Origin: Octopus sinensis
Lineage: Eukaryota
Direction of reading: 5' to 3'
NCBI RefSeq assembly: GCF_006345805.1
Contig: NW_021831920.1
Span: 1 to 33,930 of the forward strand
DNA length: 33,930 nt
The translations under genes were made by a program, and so were the position numbers. Positions 1 to 10,038 of this stretch are shown piece after piece (positions within the stretch are counted from its first letter, which is position 1; the number at the start of each line of letters is the position of its first letter). The notes below the pieces were generated by a model. It was given only the letters and a program-made list of their open reading frames with translations, did not search any database and was not told the origin of the DNA.

Positions 1-2445
1 GTGTTTAGAGAAAGCTCGACCCGAATAACAAAGCAGACCATTTTGACAATATACAATCCACAAATTGGCAGTCCCTACGATTTAAGCCACCCCCTTCAGG
101 AAGTGGGGACACAGGATGGAGGGTTGAATTCCGACCTTTGGATGTATATATCTTAATAATAAAAGGTATGGTGTGTGTCTGTCTGTCTGTCTGTCTGTGT
201 GTCTGTCTGTCTGTCTGTGTGTGCACACCAACTTCAAATGGCAATACGATGTCCTCGACTTACATGATGAGGTCCTTAAACCTTCCCCCCCAAAAAAATT
301 AAAAAAAATTTTCTGCATTTTGGTTAAAATGAACAACTACAATGTCCTCGACTTACATGATGAAGTCCTTAAAACTTCCCCCCCAAAAAAATTAAAAAAA
401 AATTTTCTGCATTTTGGTTAAAATGAACAACTACAATGTCCTCGACTTACATGATGAAGTCCTTAAACCTTCCCCCCCAAAAAAATTAAAAAAAATTTTC
501 TGCATTTTGGTTAAAATGAACAACTACAATGTCCTCGACTTACATGATGAAGTCCTTAAAACCTTTCCCCCAAAAAATCAAAAAATTTTTTTCTGCATTT
601 TGATTAAATGAACAACGCGAATGTCCTCGACATTCATGATGAGGTCCATTAAAACCTTCAAGGCAAAAATCTCACGTATTAAGAATATCCTTGATGAAAA
701 CGACAGCGAGAATATTAACAATGATGAACTCCCAATTATTCGCGATAAAGAAATTCAATTCATCCTATGTTTTTTCTCTTAAAATTAAATGCATATATCA
801 TTATCGACCATGAATCAAAATTAAAGCTATTATCATATTTGACTTTGACAGAATGTGCAATCACAGATTGCACGACTTTGAATAGAGTGTGCAAGTAACA
901 GATTTAGAAAAAAACCACTTTGATAGTTGAAACCACATTAGCACAATCATTAACCAATTTACCACCAATTGACGCACGACCTTGAATAGAGTGTGCAATT
1001 AACAGATTTTGAAAAACACTTTGATAGTTGAAACCACATTAGCACAACCATTAACACAATTTACCACCAATTGACAGCGCAATCAGAAGAATTTGCGTAA
1101 AAATATTAACTATTTACTTGAGTTTTTCGTAAAGATAGAATTTATTTTCGGTATGCCTCTTTTCCTAAACTTTTTTATTATTCAAAAATAATTTTTTAAA
1201 TAGATAACCGAAGGAGGAAAAACGAAGCTGAAGAAAAAACGGTCAGCTTAATAAGGTAATTAATTAAATCTTTTTTGTGTGTCGCTTTTTTGTGTGTCGC
1301 TTTCTTGCCTGCCGCATCTCTGCCTGCCGCATTTCCGCCTGCCGCATCTCCCCCTGCCCCATTTCCGCCAGTAAAAAATAAAAAAAGAAAAAAAAGGAAA
1401 TTACAAAGGAAAAATGAAAAAATTAAATATAAAAAAAAATAAACCACAAAAAATGAAAAAAAAAGTTTGCAATGACAATAAACAAGGCCCAGGGACAGTC
1501 ATTAAAGGTAGTTGGGTTTTATTTTTAGAGTGAGTGCTTTTCACATGGACAGCTGTATGTGGGATGCTCGAGGTAGGCAGAAGAGAAAATTTATTCATAT
1601 ATGCCAAGGAAGGACGGACGACAAACATCGTTTATCAACAGGCGATAGAATAGGGTTACATTAAACCAGGTAGTTTTATACATCTACATAAACTTATAGT
1701 TGTTTGATGAAACAGGCCCTCCGCAGGAGCTAGGTCGCGGTGAGCGAAGCGAGCTGCCGAGCTAGTATTTAATATATAGGTACAAACTACTGACTTTGAG
1801 AATTCGGCTTTTGTGTTTTTTGTGATTTTAATTACACGTGCTGCTCTCTCTTTGGGGACTTGTGGAAGGTCAGTGGACTTTCGGGTGCCCATATCAAAGG
1901 TGACCCCTCTGAGGTCATTTATTCAGGTGGACGAGAATATGAGCAGATCTGTACAGAGGGATGCAGTGGTGGATCAAAAGTTTTATTTCCGACTGGACTC
2001 GCTAAATCCGACGAGAGAATATTGCAAGGAAAATATAGTGGAGATGTCGATTGATGAGATTATGAACGGAAGTGTATATTGTGGTGTGATCGTGTGAGTT
2101 TAGACACGTTTTTTGGGGTTGATTGAGTTTATAAAACAATATATCACCACTCATCCTGACGTGGAGGCGTCCACGTTTTGTTTGTTTTCGAAATACCTCA
2201 AGTTATTGTCTGGAAGGGCCTCAGGGAAGTTGATTACTGGGGCTAAGTTGATGGGGGATTTTATTTTGTCTCATCCTGACTATAAAGGGGACTTTTGTGT
2301 GGGTGAGTCGGTGGAGTATGATTTGTTGGTTTTCCTCAGAGATTTGACTGACGAATTGGTTTCTCCAGAAAATTTTTTTCCGGATAATAATTTGTCGCGA
2401 GCGCAGCGAGCGACCGAGCGCAGCGAGCGACCACTCAATTTCTAG
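1..2445 (+). CDS. GCLC: Glutamate-cysteine ligase catalytic subunit, 3' half. Exons <1-143, 1780-1899, 1927-2073, 2104-2391, plus a TE-derived extension to 2445
   Basis: Spliced translation DHFDNIQSTNWQSLRFKPPP..GWRVEFRPLD|VQTTDFENSAFVFFVILITRA..DFRVPISK|VDENM..RDAV..KFYFR..MSIDEIMNGS|..GLI..YLKLLSGRASGKLITGA..FILSHPDYK matches the eukaryotic GCL catalytic family. GT-AG introns at 144-1779, 1900-1926 and 2074-2103 preserve frame. One probable missing A near position 11. Confidence 0.95.
171..222 (+). repeat. (GTCT)n/(GT)n microsatellite in the Helitron 5' region
   Basis: Seen directly; a shorter counterpart lies at about 20729-20756 on the minus strand. Confidence 0.95.
248..655 (+). repeat. 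~93-bp tandem array (~4.4 units) inside Helitron copy 1
   Basis: Unit (g/a)atgtcctcgacttacatgatga.gtccttaaa.cttccccccaaaaaaattaaaaaaaattttctgcattttggttaaaatgaacaactac starts at 248, 341, 435, 528 and 620. Confidence 0.95.
871..1075 (+). repeat. ~104-bp tandem duplication inside the Helitron
   Basis: cacgac(t/c)ttgaatagagtgtgcaa...ttaccaccaattgac begins at 871 and 975; also duplicated in copy 2 (about 19575-19775). Confidence 0.9.
1466..1653 (+). pseudogene. Helitron Pif1-type helicase C-terminal remnant
   Basis: FAMTINKAQGQSLKVVG..FSHGQLYVGCSRVG..TTNIVYQQAIE* with a frameshift; these are helicase motifs V/VI. Confidence 0.9.
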
Positions 2446-2992
2446 ATCCGATCAATCAAAAAATCTATAATTGACAAACCCAGGCTTGTATTTGGGATTA
2501 AATATATTCGATAACAAAAATTAAAATCGATGCCAAAGCAGAATGAGCTTTAAAACCGATTTCATAAATAAAAATAATATTTTAAAATTTATAATTGATA
2601 TTTTAGAATAATGAGAAAAATCTAAATGCTTCATAATTTAAAAATGTCAAAACAAGAATCTTCTGAAGGAGCAAGCCTGTCTGCACAGTTCATTTTTGAT
2701 TAGAAGACCTAATTTTAGAGATTAAAACGAAAAAATAGCAATGAGATCTGTCAAATTATTACCCCCCCCCTCACAACCTAAAATTAGCGTTCAGTATTCA
2801 TTGATTTTACTTTTTCTATTAAGGTCTACTTATAAATTATTTTATGGGATTCAATGGAAAACTTAAGTTATTTCAATTTTAATTTTGAATCATGTTAAAA
2901 TTTTAAATAATTTAATAATATATTTGTTGATGATAGGCTTGTTAGGTGTCAAAGTTGCGTCTAGCGTTCGGTCGCGCGCTGCGCTCGCGACA
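2393..2992. mobile_element. 600-bp MITE with TGT...ACA termini (Ginger/Tdd-like)
   Basis: 29-bp TIRs TGTCGCGAGCGCAGCG(A/C)GCGACCGA(G/A)CGC with 2 mismatches; 5-bp TSD TAATT at 2388-2392 and 2993-2997. Confidence 0.9.
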
Positions 2993-3048
2993 TAATTGAT
3001 TTCAGATTTTAATTATTTGTTATTTTCTTTATCAATTTTGATAAAATC

Positions 3049-4162
3049 TGTGACCGGTTTCTGAGCGGACCCGGTTTTTGGGAGGACCAGGTGCGTATAT
3101 TAAAACAAAAAATGGATAAAATAATTTATTTTCATTAGAAAATAAAAATTGGTTTTATTTTTTATTATATTATTGTAATAATGAATTAATTAAATTCAAC
3201 ATAAAAAATGGGTTTCGTTGTACTTTCAAAAGCAAATCTTCAAAAAATTAAAAAAATCAAAGAGTTGAGGGATCTAGATGAAGTGATTGAAAAAGAGAAA
3301 AGCATAGATTTAGAATTCACGCAAAAAAATTTGAATTCTCTGACGGAAAGGCATTTGTTCGAAAAAACAATTGCTTACTCAGATTTTTTTGTATAGAAGA
3401 GAAAGAACTAAAACTAACAATGATTGAGGTTATTTATAAATCTCCTTATGTTCATTAAACTGATATCGAAGAATTCTTTTTGGTTATAATAATTATGTTA
3501 TAAATGAAAATTTTAGAAGGCACATAATTCTAATCATTTTGGCAGAGATAGAATGATTAGTCAGCTGTCAGAAAAAATTTACGGTGTTACTCGAAATGAG
3601 ATTGAAATTTTATTAAAAACTGTGTTTTTTGGCAGGTATAATAATTAAAATAAGGCGATTAGTCAAAGAGATTAATGGCAACAAAACCTCCTATTAGGCC
3701 AATCATAGCCGATCTCATTGACTTAAGGAGATATTCAGAATTAAATAAGACGGTCCATGCAAATTTTAAAATTCTCTAAGTGAAGAGATACCGCGGCCGT
3801 AGGCCGCATAGGGGACTAGTTGAATTTTTATATCAAACCTTGTGGGTTAGAATGGTTTTTTATTGACAGTTATTTTAAGATTTGATTTTTAAAATATTTA
3901 GGTTTAAAATCATTAAATAAAAATATAATGTTTTTTTAATATTTTACACAAAAATCAAATAAAATTACTTATTTAAAATTTAAAAAGCACTTTTGAAGGG
4001 TATGTTGGTTTTGTGAGCAATGATAAAATCAGAAACAGCTTAAGAAATTATTTAAACGTGGTCTAATTTATTGTATAACTATTTTCAGGATAAAATAAAA
4101 CGATTTATACAATTTTTTGTGTGGTCCTTCCAAAAACCGGGTCCGCTCTAAAACCGGTGACA
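3049..4162 (+). mobile_element. Ginger/Tdd-like DNA transposon, degraded deletion derivative
   Basis: 40-bp TIRs (3049-3088 and 4123-4162, 4 mismatches); TSD AAATC at 3044-3048 and 4163-4167. Integrase-like remnants HNSNHFGRDRM..GVTR and TKPPIRPIIA/DLIDLRRYSELN at about 3520-3750. Confidence 0.85.
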
Positions 4163-4280
4163 AAATCTTATCGTTCTGAGTTGACAATTTTAATTTAAGT
4201 TTTGTTTTAATTCTACAAATCTATATTTCTTTTATTTAATTTTTAAAATATCAAACTTATTACTTTTATTTAATTTCGAA

Positions 4281-4420
4281 CAAATCCTGCTCTAAAACGC
4301 TGAGACCTGGAATCTAACCACCAAAGAACTAGAACAGCTCAACTTTTTCCACAAAAAACTATTAAGACTACTCCCAGGAATTCCCTAGCTAAAAAAGATG
4401 AGCATCGAAGAACTCTATAG
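4281..4420 (+). mobile_element. Old RTE-like LINE fragment (post-RT region)
   Basis: QILL*NAETWNLTTKELEQLNFFHKKLLRLL parallels PVLLYNSSTWGISDTELKNLDSFHRKQLRVL of the RTE element near 25010-25100. Confidence 0.65.
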
Positions 4421-4499
4421 AATTACTCATTTTTTTCAAATAATAATTAATTTAGCTAAATAGACGCGTTAATGAAGTTTATGGAAACAATTATTATGC

Positions 4500-6470
4500 A
4501 TGGATCGACGTAAGAAAGCTTTTGACTCAGTGAGTCACGAATTTCTTTTTGAAGTTTTGGAAAACTCAGGACTACCTAAATGGATAACGAAATTTATGAT
4601 GTCAATAATTCCTAACTGGAGAGTGTCGTTAAGATTAGGAAAAGAGCTGCTTGGAACAGTTAATATTGATCGTGGTATACTCCAAGGTGACTCACTGTCA
4701 CCACAGTTATTTGTATTGGTCTTGGATCCATTAAGCAGGATTTTATCTTTAAAATATCCGAGTATGTCAATCAATACTGGTGAAGACAAGTCCTTAACTT
4801 TTTCTACCAATCATTTTCTATTCATCGATGATTTGAAGCTTTTTGCTCAGAAGGAAGAGACACTGGCACGCATGATGGAGGATGTGAACATTTACTTTAA
4901 ACTGGCTGGTTTGGAGAAGAATTTTGAGAAATCAGCGACAAATTGTTATTTGTTGAGGAATGAAGCTACATTAATGGATGGACTAGATAGCTATCGCTCT
5001 CTGGGGGTGCTAGAAGACAGATGCAGTAATGTTCTTAAAGAAGATGTACTCAAAAATATTAAAGAAGAAATGCAAAGCGTATTGGAAGACTATCGGAAAC
5101 TAAACTAAATGCAGTCAATCTATTTAGAGCAATTAATGAGCATGCTCTATCGCTGATTAACTATTATATCGGTCTACTCGATCTGGAACCATCTTGTTTC
5201 GAAGAAATGGACAAGTTTGTCAGAAAGCTGTTGGCTGATTTGAAAATTCACATGAAGCCAGCCTGTAAAGAAAGACTGTATCTGCCAAGAGATACACTTG
5301 GAAGGGGACTTGTATCAGTTGCCTTTAAGGCGGAAAAAATGCTGTTGGACTTCAAAACCAATTTGGAAAGGCGAAAGTTAATCTCCTTGAGAAAAGCAGC
5401 AATTTTGTGGGCCGAACAGAAAAGGAAAACCCATATGGCCACAATCACAGAATTCCTGCATTGTAAATATGGAACAACCACACTCGATGAGATTGCTAAA
5501 TCACTACGTGACTTGCAGATAGAGTCACTGTTGCTTAGTATTAAAAAGAAAAGGTTGCATTCGAAGCTATTTGAGTCGCTTGAGAATAATACTTTTGATA
5601 TCCCAACATCTTCAACATGGCTAAAGAAAGGGAATATATCTCCTAAATCTGAGGCAATGTTCTCTTTTCTTCAAGACAGAAACGTCTTTTTCAGAAACTC
5701 TGATGAAAAATGCCCACATTGTAAATCCTCGCCTAAAACCGTGGACCATCTTGCGACGCGATGCAGTAGAATGCTAAATTCAGATTATACCAGAAGGCAT
5801 AACGAGATTGTGAGGTGTGTTCACATGCACTTGTGTCGGAGATTTGGAATGAAGAAGTCCAAGAGACTGAAAAACCACTCCGTGCAGTGTATAATGTCGA
5901 ATAGCTCTGCGGAAATTCGGGTCGATACTACAATTCCAACTGAACTAAAAATACAATATAACAAGCCTGATATATTCCTGTATGACAAGAAGGAAAATTT
6001 GATATGGATCATTGAAGTGGGTGTTACCTCGATAGATAATTTGAAATCGGTGGAAGTGGAAAAAATGCATAAATACGACATTCTAGCCAGTGAATTACAA
6101 TTAATTCACAAGGCTAAGGTAAAGATTGTACCGATTGTCCTCACGTGGGATGGGATAGTCTCTACATTCTTCAGAAAATATATGGACCTTCTTAAAATCA
6201 AAGAAAGTGTGCAAGCATACATCCAGACTGTTAGTTTGAAAAAACAATGGAAAGCATGATAGTAGAACACAAATTGGCTTCGAAAATATGTCTACCTCAG
6301 GTAACTCATTTGACGAAGGACGGAAATCGGTGAAGAGACGGCGAGATTCTGTAGTTTCCGCCGATGAAGGAAACAACTCCGAAGTGGGAACAGATAGCGG
6401 GAAGAGGATTCCGAGAGTAAACTTGGCGGAGCAAACTAATATGGAAAAGGAAAGTTAATTAGTTAATTAA
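4500..6470 (+). mobile_element. 5'-truncated RLE-type non-LTR retrotransposon (R4/Dong-like, R2 superfamily)
   Basis: RT motifs KAFDSV, ILQGDSLSP and FIDDLKLF; ERLYLPR..GRGL; CCHC knuckle CPHC..TVDHLATRC; RHN; restriction-like endonuclease KPDI..IIEVGVT..K..KY. Frameshifts fall at A-runs near 5065 and 6240. Confidence 0.92.
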
Positions 6471-6715
6471 TTATTTTATCTTTCATGTCTAGCCTGTTCA
6501 TTATAATAATTTTTGAAATATAAATTCACTTCTTCATGAAAAAAAATAAAAGTAACTAAAGTGTCAATCATATATTTACTAAAAAATATTTTATAAAACA
6601 AACAATCCAAAAAAGAGTTTGACATTTAAAACAAAAAGGACATCTTTTTCCTTATATGTCCATGATTCAGTGGCATTTTTGGAGTTTAAATTTTTGTTTT
6701 ATATAACTCTGTTTT

Positions 6716-7250
6716 TCGGCCGGTTGAGTATGCGCACTGGTAGAACTATGCAAACCGATAGCAACATACCAACCAGCAATATTCCCAGGACACATATTAC
6801 TATGATCTCACTAGTGTCCTAAACCGAATTTTCAAATTAGCGTTAAAAGCACTATTCGCCATTGGTGTTTACTTCTCGGTAAGAAGAAAATCACAAAATT
6901 ATAAAAAATGTCAATTTGTGTTCTAATTCTATTTTATATTCACTATAAATAATTTTTTTGTATCGGGATGATCGGTTTTGAGATATATGAACATGGTATC
7001 CCGGTTGGTCCTCCCTTACTTGTTCACAAAAAATTTCCTACATTTAATTCTCTGACTGTTCAGATTTGTTTAAAGTTTTTTATATGAAAAAAGATAGTTC
7101 TGTCCTCTCTTACACATCGCTGGAACCACCACTGTGTGTTAGACGCCTACACATTCTTAATATAACTCCCAACAGTCTCTCAAAAAAGCTGTCGAGAGTA
7201 TGTTGATGATTTTGACAAATTCTTATATATATAACAAGTCTATGCTTTTT
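6716..7250 (+). other. Unassigned coding-like segments, possibly a degraded intron-split host gene convergent with the Scm/SFMBT-like gene
   Basis: Higher-GC stretches with protein-like translations (YYYDLTSVLNRIFKLALKALFAIGVYFS then gtaag; IGMIGFEIYEHGIPVGPPLL) but in-frame stops and no recognisable family. Confidence 0.25.
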
Positions 7251-7300
7251 TGTAATATAAAGAAAATCGGTAAAAATATAAATAAAAATAAATGATCGTC

Positions 7301-8621
7301 TTAATGATAGGAATTTCTCAGTTCGTTGATGATCTTCAGGAGGGCTTCCGAAATTGTGTCCTTGAGACACATGGAATCCTTCAACGTTCGCTTGTTCAAT
7401 AAGAGAAACGATTGTCCGTCAAAATGCTGGGATCTCAGCACGGGAGCCACATTCCGGCATTTCGTAGACTCGATGTACTTTATCAAATTCTCACAGGACC
7501 AGTCCCGTGGGTCTTTTAGTAGGGAATTTGTATTTTCCTCAGAAAGTGGCAGAGTTTGACTACATTCGATTTTTCTCTTAGGTCTGGAACAGATCTCAGG
7601 AATTGAGAAATTTTTTGTACGTTTTTTGGATTTTGGAATTTTGGGGTTGCCTTGTTAATTTAATTTATTTAAATTTACATATTAAACAAGGTTTTTCTGA
7701 TAAATCGACGAGGGATCTTTTAATTTTAGACACAATTTGAGTAGAAAGTGACTCAGTTGTCCCGCAAATCACAGACCTCAAACTTGTGAAAACTGTCGAA
7801 TTTACTGTTTATTAAGTACATAAATTTAAAAATACTTTTTTACGGATATCTGATTGAACTGGTTAAATCTCCGAAAACACTTAAAATTTCATTCAGACGT
7901 TTAAAATTTGATGTACATTTAAGGATATACTCCTTTAGTGACTTAAGGACCATACAAATTGGCCCAGGTCCAATTATTTTGGGAATTCGAAGTATTTCTG
8001 ACACATAAAGGTACTTCCCTGAGTAGCAATGAGCATTAATGAAGATCTCAGGACTCCAAAGGTCCTCAATTCTCCTAATTTCCACGTGGTCGTCCAACAT
8101 ATTTGATAAAAGGGCTTTCAACAGTATACTTCTATCTTGTTCACATAGTCGTGGCAATTGTGGCTGACTGAGTGGATAACTGTTTGATTCAGCCCACGCA
8201 AAGGGGAGGATTTGAGGACTGTAGATAGAATAGATCAAAGTCGATTCCTCGTTTATTTTGACAAAAATCAAATGTCCAGCAACTTTGAGGATTGTTGCTG
8301 GGCAGACACTTTGATTATTTGTAGTCGTAGTTCTTTAGGAGTATCAGCAGATTGTCTGCCTGGGAAGACTCGTCGTTTTGTTGCTGGGATTAGGACTGGC
8401 TGATACTAAAAATTTGATGATTTTTTCGAAGGTTTCTCGCAGTTTTTTGCGTTTATCTTTGTAGACGGAGGGGTGGAACTTTGGTGGGTCTCCTGATTTG
8501 AATTCTGAGTTAAATAGTGTTTTAAATACTTTCCTTTTAAATTAGTATTTTTAGATCGGTATTGTTCTGTTGGGGCAATACAATTTCCATTTCTTTTCGT
8601 TTTTAACTGTTTTTTGCACAA
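7301..8621 (-). CDS. Scm/SFMBT-like Polycomb protein (MBT + SLED + C-terminal SAM); 5' part unresolved
   Basis: MBT: SVCPATILKVAGHLIFV..SPQILPFAWAESNSYPLSQP. SLED: IFINAHCYSGKYL..RIPKIIGPGPI..VL. SAM: DPRDWSCENLIKYI..LRSQHFDGQSFLLL. The 28-nt intron at 7651-7678 restores frame into the SAM domain; a probable 31-nt intron lies at 7805-7835. One in-frame TAA (7840-7842) and unresolved frameshifts upstream of 8330. Confidence 0.8.
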
Positions 8622-8859
8622 AATAACAAAACGTTTAAATTTGTTGTTAAAAGAACTTCAATTGAAAAACTCTTTTTAATTAAAATATAGCCGCAGCTAG
8701 CAAATGAACCCAGGACCTTTGTCGAAGTATGGAATAACTGATTTGTGAGACTAACCTGCTGTTACGGCAATTAGGCGGAATTGTTGTTAATAAAATAATT
8801 ATAAACATGATTATTTCTGATATAAGATTTATATATTTTAATCTAATTAACATTTAAAC

Positions 8860-9749
8860 ATGTCTTGTTCGGATGGAATATGGGTCAGAAATTAAATGTT
8901 ATTTATTAGAACACTTCTTTGACATGGGAACAATCGAATCCGAATTTTACGACATGTTTCACGAAAGTTGTCCTTATTTGGATTCCTTGTTTAATTTATT
9001 TTGTTTTGTCGTTATTATATGTCATCAAATTACTAATGACGAAGAGAGAGTTATTTTTGTTCAATAAAATTCACATTTTTAAAAAGGTTTGCATCTCATC
9101 ACTTAAATAACAGATTTTTAGCTCTATTTTGTCTGCCGTGAGTTTAATCCACATGGCCTACGCAGTCCACTTGCGACAACAAGAACCAATAGAAGAAATA
9201 CTTTCTTCCGTTATTTTTGCCATTTCCACGGTTTTTTAATTTTTTTTGAATCAAGTTATCTGCCACAATTTTCACTTTTTATGAGAAAACTGCCAATTTG
9301 GAACCGATTCCTCATCTGACACTAACTCACATTCTGGTCCTCTTCTCCAGAATTCGGCGTCTTTATTCAAACGTGGGATATTTTAAACTTAATCTCAGAT
9401 GCCACTGTTTGGAAAAATCACACTTTTTTAATATTCTCGAATTTGTATTTTTGGTAGTCATGTCTGTTCTCTCCCTCCAGGTCGACCGATTGTCTTCAAA
9501 TATAGCACAGAATAAAGTATCCTTTCACTGATTACATATAAGGAATGTTTTCCCGAATAAAGGGTTTCCTATTCAAATAAAATCATGTGCTTTTGGTTTT
9601 TAAAGTAATAGGGTGGTGTATTATGTGTTAGATATGTTAACATGGCGAGGAAAGGGACGCTGAAGGAGACAGACTTGTGGACTGTTGACTCAAATTTAAA
9701 CTTTTTGGCGCTGATCAAAGAAATGGACCAAAAGTTGGATCAAATCTAG
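8860..9749 (+). pseudogene. ABCC/MRP1-type transporter, N-terminal TMD0+L0 only (truncated)
   Basis: Six GT-AG introns (8884-8909, 9087-9113, 9231-9255, 9373-9398, 9517-9542, 9605-9631) give MSCSDGIW|NTSLTWEQSNPNFTTCFTKVVLIWIPC...|ECFPE*RVSYSNKIMCFWFLK|YVNMARKGTLKETDLW. This resembles MRP1 W..SNPDFTKCF...LVWVPC and CPE..ASF..ITFWW....L...DLW. Stops at 9558 and 9747, one frameshift near 9430, then a TE at 9810. Confidence 0.85.
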
Positions 9750-9809
9750 CTTGAAATATTAGAATAAATGAAGAGAAAAGAAAATATTTTGCCATTTCAA
9801 TGTTAAATA

Positions 9810-9893
9810 CAGTAAAACCTCTCGAATCCGCCAAATTTGGGACCTGGGAAATTACGGCGGATTCGAGAGTTTGCGGATTCGAGGAGTTTTACA
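9810..9893. mobile_element. ~85-bp Tigger/pogo-type MITE
   Basis: TA|CAGTAAAACCTCTCGAATCCGCC left end with a degenerate inverted right end; nearly identical to the terminus at 17309. Confidence 0.7.
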
Positions 9894-10038
9894 TCTTTTT
9901 CTCTCTCGAATTACGAGCTAAGTCTTTACGAAAAAACTTCTTGACACTTCAAAACTTATGAATGATTGAGACAACAGGTTTGGGAGAGAATTAAGCAGGT
10001 TTAACCAAAAAATTGTTTCATAAGTAGCCTTTATAATA

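Larger units (their letters stand above)
151..1765 (+). mobile_element. Non-autonomous Helitron, copy 1
   Basis: Starts TC (A|TCTTAATAATAAAAG), ends CTAG|T after a GC-rich hairpin-capable segment. Inserted between A150 and T1766 with no TSD. Retains a Pif1 helicase C-terminal remnant. Same family as 18702-20778. Confidence 0.93.

Noticed and set aside
173-611. ORFs 173-421 and 414-611 as a repeat protein (93 bp = 31 codons)
   Set aside because: The frame breaks wherever homopolymer length varies and differs between the two Helitron copies; there is no sign of coding constraint.
248-655. Regular ~93-bp repeats as a CRISPR array
   Set aside because: Units are contiguous near-identical tandem copies with no unique spacers, no cas genes are present, the context is eukaryotic, and the array lies inside a Helitron.
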